NCBI GenBank assembly: GCA_963771175.1
Contig: CAVYSY010000008.1
Coordinates: 48,299 to 112,298, forward strand
DNA length: 64,000 nucleotides
DNA from: an uncultured delta proteobacterium
GTDB taxonomy: Bacteria; Myxococcota; Myxococcia; Myxococcales; Myxococcaceae
Direction of reading: 5' to 3'
Every line of letters starts with the position of its first letter. The first letter of the stretch is position 1. Made by a program: the position numbers and the translations under genes. Under the pieces are notes generated by a model. The model ran no database searches. It had not been told where the DNA came from and saw only the letters and a list, made by a program, of their open reading frames with translations. This document shows, piece by piece, positions 54,684-64,000 of this stretch.

Positions 54684-55535
54684 ATGCGCTCCCCACTGAA
54701 GAGCCGGTTGCGACAGACAGTGCTCGCCACCTGTGCCCTGCTCGCGGCCCATGGCTCGGCGGGTTACGCCGCCGACTCCGCGACGAGCGCCTGCCGGCAG
54801 AACCCGGCCTACTGCGCCCAGGTGGCCGGTGAGGAAACCGTCGTCCCCACCCTCCGCGTGGTAACCGCCGAGGAGGCGGTGGTGCCCACCGTCCGGGGCG
54901 CCGCCGAGCTGGCCTCCATGGGCGCCACTCTGCGGGTGGTGCTGGACGTCGCCATCAGGTCCAGCATCGAGCAGGCCCTGGTAGAGTGCACCCAGTGGGC
55001 AAACGCGAAGGTCAACTCCCGATACTTCGGAGAAAAAGGCCCCTCACACGAGCAGTGCAATGAGGAGCTGTCCCAACTGGACCCCTGTGGAAAAAAGGTG
55101 ACCCGGGCCATGCAACTGGGCACCGAGAAGCATGCCCTGGCCCTCCAGTGCGCCGCACAGAAGCTGGGCGCTCTGATTCCGGGTCGCTTCAGCCTGGAGC
55201 CGCGCTACCGCTACGACAAGCCAGCGAAGACGACGACGTTGGTCAGCCCCGAGGAGGTGCGGGCCCTCCGCCAGCAGGGGTGCTGGGATGAGCTCAAAGG
55301 GACGCTCGTGCCCGATGTCGTCATCCACTCGGGCAACCCGCTCCTGGTCCAGGCTGTCTATGACTTCAAGTTCCCCTGCCCCATCGACAACCATCCCACT
55401 TGGAACAGATATCCCAAGGGGCACTCTCATGCGGGCTTGTCCCAAGGCCGGGTCTACAACGAAGCTCTGGGAGCAGAGCCCGCTCTCGTGGCACCACAAT
55501 GGGGAATCATCCGATGGAGCGAATTCCTGAGATAA
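54684..55535 (+). CDS. Exported PD-(D/E)XK nuclease-like polymorphic toxin (TseV/VRR-NUC-like)
   Basis: Signal-like N-terminus; PDVVIH...VYDFKFPC restriction-endonuclease-fold motif; overlaps a DUF3396 gene. Confidence 0.7.
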   Translation: MRSPLKSRLRQTVLATCALLAAHGSAGYAADSATSACRQNPAYCAQVAGEETVVPTLRVVTAEEAVVPTVRGAAELASMGATLRVVLDVAIRSSIEQALVECTQWANAKVNSRYFGEKGPSHEQCNEELSQLDPCGKKVTRAMQLGTEKHALALQCAAQKLGALIPGRFSLEPRYRYDKPAKTTTLVSPEEVRALRQQGCWDELKGTLVPDVVIHSGNPLLVQAVYDFKFPCPIDNHPTWNRYPKGHSHAGLSQGRVYNEALGAEPALVAPQWGIIRWSEFLR

Positions 55536-56410
55536 AGCTCTACGCACAGAATGGTGCGCTCCTGGCACGACCGGGCCTGAGCATCTGCTTCTACATGCGC
55601 CGCTCCCATCAGGAGCTCGCGCGGGAAGTAATGCAATCACTCGAGGCCTACGTCCGTGCGGTAGGACCTCGAGCACTCCGCTGGTATGCGGATGACAATG
55701 GTGACTGGCAGGAGCTCGATGAGCAGGGCTGGGCACATATCCGGCACGAGCTGCTCGATGCGCGCGGTATCATCATCGACTTGAAGGACACCCCGCGTGG
55801 CGCCGGTCAATACGGATTCGACTACCACGGCAAACCGCTCGATGCGCCCTTGTTCGCCAACGACCCGGATGAGGTATGTGCGGTGTGCTTCTGGTTGCCC
55901 CCGCAGTACCTTGAGGAGCACGGGCCGGCGCGGGTCCGCGAGCTGGCGCTGGAACTCGCCGCCCCCCTTCCCTTCAATTCCGGCCATGCCAGCCTCGCCA
56001 TCAATGCCCTGACGCAACTCGTGGGCGTGTCCAGGGCGCTCCGCCCGCTGGGCTTCCGCTACCCGGGCATGGACATGCCTGGCCTGAGCACCCTCTCGAT
56101 GAGGCTCGGCACGCGAGTGCCCGGAGCCTACTGGCTCACCTTCCTGGGCCAACCGGTGCTCGGTGAGTTGGGGGGCGTGGCCGGCCTGCGCTCCCGCCTC
56201 TCCTCTCCCGACATCACCGTCCAGGACATGCAAGGCGAGCGGGCCGTCATCACCCTGGGCGAATGGCCCGAGGCGGGCGACACCGAGCAGGGCCGCGACC
56301 TGCCCCTCCACCGCGAGCTGGCGCGCGTCCTCGAGCCCTGGCTCTACCTCACCCACCCGGGGGAGCCCAACGAGGACCAGTGCCGCTGGGAGCGCCGCTT
56401 CCTCGACTGA
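55514..56410 (+). CDS. DUF3396/TsiV-family immunity protein
   Basis: ICFYMRRSH, FWLPPQYLEEHGP.RVRELALELAAPLPF.SGHA, RYPGMD, YWLTFLG..VLGELGG, GEWPEAGD, RWERRFLD. Confidence 0.85.
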   Translation: MERIPEIKLYAQNGALLARPGLSICFYMRRSHQELAREVMQSLEAYVRAVGPRALRWYADDNGDWQELDEQGWAHIRHELLDARGIIIDLKDTPRGAGQYGFDYHGKPLDAPLFANDPDEVCAVCFWLPPQYLEEHGPARVRELALELAAPLPFNSGHASLAINALTQLVGVSRALRPLGFRYPGMDMPGLSTLSMRLGTRVPGAYWLTFLGQPVLGELGGVAGLRSRLSSPDITVQDMQGERAVITLGEWPEAGDTEQGRDLPLHRELARVLEPWLYLTHPGEPNEDQCRWERRFLD

Positions 56411-56503
56411 GTACATCCGAGCGGGCGGGCCGGTCCGGGTTCACGCCGGGGCGCTTGGGAGCCCCGCCTCGCTGGGGTACGAAGGGCCTCCGGAGAGAGA
56501 CCC

Positions 56504-59530
<3,027 letters not shown>

Positions 59531-59557
59531 GCCCCACCAGCCCACCGAGCCCCGGAC

Positions 59558-59857
59558 ATGAGCAACCAGGACTGGCGCCCCCAACTCACCACCATCGAAG
59601 ACCCCATCGCCGAGGACCACTGGTCCTACACCACGAGCGATGGCTCCACGAAGGTATCGAAGATCCTCGTCGGGCGCCCCCAGCCGCTTCCAGGAGAGGA
59701 AGACCGCGCCTGGTTCTGTCCTCTCTTCATTGAGGGGCACCTCTCAGGCATCAAGTGCGTCATGGGGGTCGGTCCCGTCGATGCCCTCATGAACGCCATG
59801 ACACTCGTCAGACGGTTCTTCGAGGAGCACTCCGACGTCAGCCCCAGGGCCAGGTGA
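59558..59857 (+). CDS. Small DUF6968-like protein
   Basis: ILVGRP...WFCP..IEG......GVGPVDAL..A pattern recalled for DUF6968. Confidence 0.6.
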   Translation: MSNQDWRPQLTTIEDPIAEDHWSYTTSDGSTKVSKILVGRPQPLPGEEDRAWFCPLFIEGHLSGIKCVMGVGPVDALMNAMTLVRRFFEEHSDVSPRAR

Positions 59858-59873
59858 AGAATGGGCGAATTCG

Positions 59874-60182
59874 CTAATGCCGGATGGGTGGCCCGAACTC
59901 TGCCCGACAGAATACCTGACACGCTGCCCTGCCAGCGTAGATCGCCGACCAGCACAACGCCTTCCTCTTCTTGTTATCGTCGGGCAGGCTCCGGCAGAAG
60001 TCTTCCGCGTCCTCAATGCTTGCATTACAAGCCTTGAGACATTCAAAGACGTTTTCCGCTCGGATCGGCTCGACCCTGGGGTGAACTTCCCCTGGATTCC
60101 TGGGTTCTGTCGGGTCTGCATGAACCAGCGTGGGGCTCAACAGCAGCCCGCCCACCAGCATCACCGCGAAAGCATCGTGCAA
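59874..60182 (-). CDS. Small secreted six-cysteine protein
   Basis: Signal peptide ending VHA; mature part CLKAC...FC...LCW...ACQVFC; lower GC. Confidence 0.65.
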   Translation of the reverse strand: MHDAFAVMLVGGLLLSPTLVHADPTEPRNPGEVHPRVEPIRAENVFECLKACNASIEDAEDFCRSLPDDNKKRKALCWSAIYAGRAACQVFCRAEFGPPIRH

Positions 60183-60250
60183 GGGGAGCCTCCCATCAGG
60201 GCGAGCAGACCTGTAGCACGAGCGTCTTCACAGTCTCCAGAGGGTGCGGT

Positions 60251-60553
60251 TCACGCTTCCTCGTCAGGCAGGAGCGTGCGCAGCAGCTCGTCGTCAGGGC
60301 CGAGCGGGCACCAGCCGGGCGGCGGCGGAGTGGCAAGGAGCGTATTGCCGACTTGCTCGACACGCTCCTGGTGAGTTTCTGGAGTGTAGGCAGTCCAGCA
60401 GCCGAGCGCCTTGGCGACCTTGAACCGGTTGGCGTCGTCCAGCACGGCCGGCCAGCCGTCGGGGAGACTTTCGGCCAGCTCGCGCACGAGCACATCGCGA
60501 ACAAAGCGCGTGACCTGCTTGCGCAACTCTGCCTCGGCGAACAACCCACTCAA
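60251..60553 (-). pseudogene. 5'-truncated copy of the arrayed putative immunity gene
   Basis: LSGLFAEAE...PDGWPAVLDDANRF...GPDDELLRTLLPDEEA*; lacks the first ~55 codons of the full copies. Confidence 0.85.
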
Positions 60554-60555
60554 CA

Positions 60556-60730
60556 GTCAGCCCAACAATTGGATGAAGCAGTGCTCGCCAAGGCGTTCCG
60601 CGGGGAGCTCGTCCCGCAGAACCCGAACGACGAGCCCGCCTCGGTGCTCCTGGAGCGCATCCGCGCCGAGCGCGAGGCCCACGCCGGCTCCGCGCCCAAG
60701 CGCTCCCGGGGCCGCAGTTCCGCCGCTTGA
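60556..60730 (+). pseudogene. Orphan hsdS 3' fragment (direct repeat copy 2)
   Basis: SAQQLDEAVLAKAFRGELVPQNPNDEPASVLLERIRAEREAHAGSAPKRSRGRSSAA*; no upstream TRD. Confidence 0.88.
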
Positions 60731-61045
60731 GCCCGCCACCCCACCGAGCTGGGCAGAAGAGGAAGCGGCCGCAGTGGTGAGAGAGTCGGCTGGGAGAGGC
60801 GAGGACAACCTCCCGCTCGGTCCAGCAGAAGGTGAGGCGGAGGGGGCCGTGGAGCAGCGAGCAGTACCGGAAGGATGGCACCTCCCCCGCGCCCCGGCAG
60901 ATGTGGCGATCCCGCGCGGAGTTCGGCCGGTGACACTCCTCTCCCGAGGACCGCTGGTCCGCACCGCCGACTCGCATACACTTTCCGCTTCGCGCATCAG
61001 GGACAAAGAGCCTCGGCCGCTGCTCGTGCAGTGAAAGGGAGCCCC

Positions 61046-61555
61046 GTGAACATACCGAGAAGACTCCCTCTCCGCTGGCTCTTGTGCTTCGTCATCGGCG
61101 CCCTGGCTGCGGGCTGCGCATCTTCTGCCGCCGGCCGTCGTGAAGACGACCCCGAAAGCAGAGAAACAGTGGAGCGACTGCCAGATGAAAGCGCTTACAG
61201 GGACGCAGCGGAGAAGCTTCTCCAGCGCCTGGACGAGCAACGGGAAGCAGGTACAGGCGTCATTCGAGCATCAGGCAGAGACGGGATATCTCCTGTGTAT
61301 GAGTGCATGGAGTACGGGTGCCCTGACAGAGTATTTTGCGAAGAGGCCAACGCCTACTGCCATGTCACCCACTGCGGCAAGAAGAACTGCTCTTTCTGTC
61401 CGAAGGAATTTCCAGACATCTTCAAGAATCTCGTCTTCCAGCAATGGTGCCAATTCGACTGCCTGCGGGGCTCTGTCCGCGCTGGGGTAGCCTTTGGCTT
61501 TGTTCCGAGCATCGGCAAGGGATTATTCATCGGCCCGTATTGCCTCCAGGAATAA
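61046..61555 (+). CDS. Lipoprotein with 10-Cys C-terminal domain
   Basis: GGGAG RBS, GTG start, lipobox AAGC; lower GC. Confidence 0.7.
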   Translation: MNIPRRLPLRWLLCFVIGALAAGCASSAAGRREDDPESRETVERLPDESAYRDAAEKLLQRLDEQREAGTGVIRASGRDGISPVYECMEYGCPDRVFCEEANAYCHVTHCGKKNCSFCPKEFPDIFKNLVFQQWCQFDCLRGSVRAGVAFGFVPSIGKGLFIGPYCLQE

Positions 61556-61597
61556 ACCCTCACAGGCGTCGAAGACGAAAAACCCAGGAGACCACAA

Positions 61598-61960
61598 ATG
61601 CCTCCAACTCCTCCCGAAGAGAAAGCTGCTCGCATTGCCGGCGCCCTCAACAACCTGGGACACATCGCGATGGGGCAATCGCTGGAGTGGGCTCGCAGCT
61701 CCAACGGCGATGCAAAGCTCAGGGAGCAACTCCACGAGGACGCGACCATCGTTCTTGATTTGGTTGAAAGCGAGGCGAACCGCAAATCGCCGGCAACTCG
61801 CCGCCCCGCGGAATGCAAGGCCGCGCTCTCTCATTATCGAGAAATGGTGCAATCCATTGATTTCGATGATGCCGCGAGCATGACCAGCCTCAAAGAATAT
61901 GCTCGGCAGGCACTCGAAGCCTTTATTGGGGAAGCGTTGCCCGAATCATTGCCTGAGTAG
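61598..61960 (+). CDS. Small helical hypothetical protein
   Basis: AGGAG RBS, 120-aa ORF, lower GC. Confidence 0.6.
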   Translation: MPPTPPEEKAARIAGALNNLGHIAMGQSLEWARSSNGDAKLREQLHEDATIVLDLVESEANRKSPATRRPAECKAALSHYREMVQSIDFDDAASMTSLKEYARQALEAFIGEALPESLPE

Positions 61961-62108
61961 GTTGCCAACGCGTGAGCCCCAGCACTCCGTCGTACCCCGG
62001 GTACACGCGTCCGGTGAAGCACACCTTGAGTTGCTACGCGCCTACGCACGTTTCCCGGAGATCGGCGGACGCACCACCCCTTGAGTCTGGGTGTGGCTCT
62101 CGTGAAGT

Positions 62109-62579
62109 TCAGACCTCCTCGTCGGGCAGGAGCGTGAGGAGCAGTTCGTCGTCGGGGCCGAGCGGGCGCCAGCCAGGAGGAGGTGGCGAAGCGCGGAGCG
62201 CTGCCATGACCTGCTCGGCGCGCTCCTCATGGGACTCAGGGGTGTAGCCAAACCATGCGCCGAGTGCCTTCGCCACCTTGAATCGGTTTGCGTCGTCCAT
62301 CACGGCCGGCCAGCCGTCAGGGAGACTCTGGGACAACATGCGGACGAGCACATCGCGCACAAACCGTGTGACCTGCTTGTGCCGCTCGGCCTCGGCGAGC
62401 AACCCGCTCAACACCTGCACCCCGGCGACGTCGTCCGGACCAAGCTCCTCGGCCAGCGCATACAACGGGACCGCGGGGCGCGCATCGGCGAAGGCGGTGA
62501 GCGAATCGTAGCCGCGCTCGCGGATCCGCTCATACAGGCGGGCCCTCCAGTTGCCCTCCCAAGAACGTCCGTCAGTCAT
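62109..62579 (-). CDS. Putative toxin-immunity protein, array copy 1 (myxobacterial family often labelled 'NUDIX hydrolase')
   Basis: 156 aa: WEGNWRARLYER.RERGYDSLTAFA.ARP...GWRPLGPDDELL; GGAG RBS. Confidence 0.8.
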   Translation of the reverse strand: MTDGRSWEGNWRARLYERIRERGYDSLTAFADARPAVPLYALAEELGPDDVAGVQVLSGLLAEAERHKQVTRFVRDVLVRMLSQSLPDGWPAVMDDANRFKVAKALGAWFGYTPESHEERAEQVMAALRASPPPPGWRPLGPDDELLLTLLPDEEV

Positions 62580-62591
62580 CGCCCTCTCCGT

Positions 62592-63062
62592 TCAGACTTC
62601 CTCGTCAGGCAGGAGCGTGCGCAGCAACTCGTCGTCAGGGCCGAGCGGGCGCCAGCCGGGCAGCGGCGGCATCGCCATGAGCGCTGTCCTGACCTGCCTG
62701 GCGCGCTCCTTATGAGTTTCTGGGGTAGAGGCAATCCATGAGCCGATTGCCTTGGCGACCTTGAAGCGGTTGGCGTCGTCCAGCACGGCCGGCCAGCCGT
62801 CGGGGAGGCACTCGGAGAGTTCGCGCACGAGCACATCGCGCACAAAGCGTGTGACCTGATGGCTTCGCTCCGCCTCGGCGAACAACTCGCTCAACACCTG
62901 CACCCCGGCGACGTCGTCCTCGCCAAGCTCCTCGGCCAGCGCCACCAACGGGACGGCAGGGCGAGCGTCTGCGAAGGCGGTGAGCGAAGCGAAACCCCGC
63001 TCGCGGACTCGCTCGTACAGGCGGACCTTCCAGTTGCCCTCCCAGGAACGGTCCTCGCTCAT
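62592..63062 (-). CDS. Putative toxin-immunity protein, array copy 2
   Basis: 156-aa paralog of copy 1; 12-bp spacer containing an RBS. Confidence 0.8.
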   Translation of the reverse strand: MSEDRSWEGNWKVRLYERVRERGFASLTAFADARPAVPLVALAEELGEDDVAGVQVLSELFAEAERSHQVTRFVRDVLVRELSECLPDGWPAVLDDANRFKVAKAIGSWIASTPETHKERARQVRTALMAMPPLPGWRPLGPDDELLRTLLPDEEV

Positions 63063-63074
63063 CGTCCTCTCCGT

Positions 63075-63548
63075 TCAGACTTCCTCGTCAGGCAAGAGCG
63101 TACGCAGCAGTTCGTCGTCGGGGCCGAGCGGGCGCCAGCCGGGCGGCGGCGGCGTCGCCATGAGCGCGTCGCCGACTTGCTCGACACGCTCCTGGTGAGT
63201 TTCCGGGGTGAAAGCACTCCAGAAGGCAAGTGCCTGCCCGCGACCTCAAAGCGGTTTGCATCGTCCATCACAGCCGGCCAACCATCGGGGAGACTCTCGG
63301 AGAGTTCGCGCACAAGCTGTCCGCGCACCAATCGTGTGACTTGATGGCTCCGCTCCGCCTCGGCAACCAACCCGCTGAACAACTGCACTGCGCTTATGTC
63401 GTCCTCACCAAGTTCCTCGGCCAGCGCCACCAGCGAAGCGGTGGGCCGCGCCTCCGCGAAGGCTGTGAGCGAATCATAGCCACGCTCACGGACCCGCTCG
63501 AACAAGCGCACCTTCCGAGTTGCCCTCCCACGAACTTCCGTCGGTCAT
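63075..63548 (-). CDS. Putative toxin-immunity protein, array copy 3 (indels)
   Basis: MTDGSSWEGN...VRLFERVRERGYDSLTAF...GPDDELLRTLLPDEEV* across frames. Confidence 0.78.
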
Positions 63549-63570
63549 CGACCTCTCCAGGGGGTGAAGT

Positions 63571-64000
63571 TCAGACCTCCTCGTCAGGCAGAAGCGTGAG
63601 GAGCAGTTCGTCGTCGGGGCCGAGCGGGCGCCAACCGGGCGGCGGCGGCGTGGCGAGGAGTGCTGCGCTGATCTGCCTTGCTCTGTCTTGATGAGTATCA
63701 GGGGTGTAGGCAATCCACGAACTGAGCGCCTTGGCGACTTCGAAACGGTTGGCATCATCCAGCACGGCCGGCCAGCCGTTGGGGAGACCTTCGGACAGCT
63801 CGCGCACCAACTGTCCGCGCGCCAACCGCGTGAGCCGATGGCTCCGCTCCGCCTCGGCCACCAGCCCGCTAAACACCTGCACGGCGTTGATGTCATCCGC
63901 GCCGAGCCTCGGCCAGCGCCACCAACGAGGTGGTGGGACGGGCGTCGGCGAAGGCGGTGAGCGAATCGTAACCCCGCTCGCGGACCCGCTCATACAGGCG
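63571..64000 (-). CDS. Putative toxin-immunity protein, array copy 4 (5' end beyond window; indel near 63905)
   Basis: RLYERVRERGYDSLTAFADARP...PNGWPAVLDDANRF...GPDDELLLTLLPDEEV*. Confidence 0.78.
   Translation of the reverse strand, partial: ACMSGSASGVTIRSPPSPTPVPPPRWWRWPRLGADDINAVQVFSGLVAEAERSHRLTRLARGQLVRELSEGLPNGWPAVLDDANRFEVAKALSSWIAYTPDTHQDRARQISAALLATPPPPGWRPLGPDDELLLTLLPDEEV

Noticed and set aside
59535..62108. Integron cassette array
   Set aside because: No integrase is present, I could not find convincing attC (RYYYAAC...GTTRRRY) sites, and cargo genes lie in both orientations.
62109..64000. CRISPR array or DGR template/variable repeats
   Set aside because: The repeat units are whole ~470-bp protein-coding genes with RBSs. 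There is no short repeat-spacer structure and no cas or reverse transcriptase in the window, and differences are not obviously adenine-specific.

Overview
GC-rich (~70%) myxobacterial chromosome segment, most consistent with Myxococcales/Archangiaceae (MYXO-CTERM-like tail, DUF2378, myxobacterial toxin/immunity families). The assembly has many single-base indels that break even essential genes (atpH, atpA, map), so most frameshifts are treated as sequencing errors. About 1-51 kb is mostly core/accessory genes: an Hsp70, atpH-sensor kinase-atpA, a patatin, two tandem Hint-domain lipoproteins, FadL, a beta-propeller/di-heme cytochrome c operon, a terpene synthase, kinases, MocR/EamA and MetAP. 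From about 51.2 kb to the end is a conflict island. It holds a type I restriction-modification system (hsdR-hsdM-hsdS) with a PD-(D/E)XK toxin/DUF3396 immunity pair between hsdR and hsdM. The hsdS 3' end is duplicated and brackets two different cargo cassettes. A tandem array of at least four (plus one truncated) paralogous putative immunity genes with a hypervariable patch follows. The best candidates for an undescribed system are this R-M/toxin/poly-immunity cassette locus and the Hint lipoproteins that lack the splicing His-Asn and carry a conserved C-terminal tail. Family assignments come from recognised motifs, not database searches.
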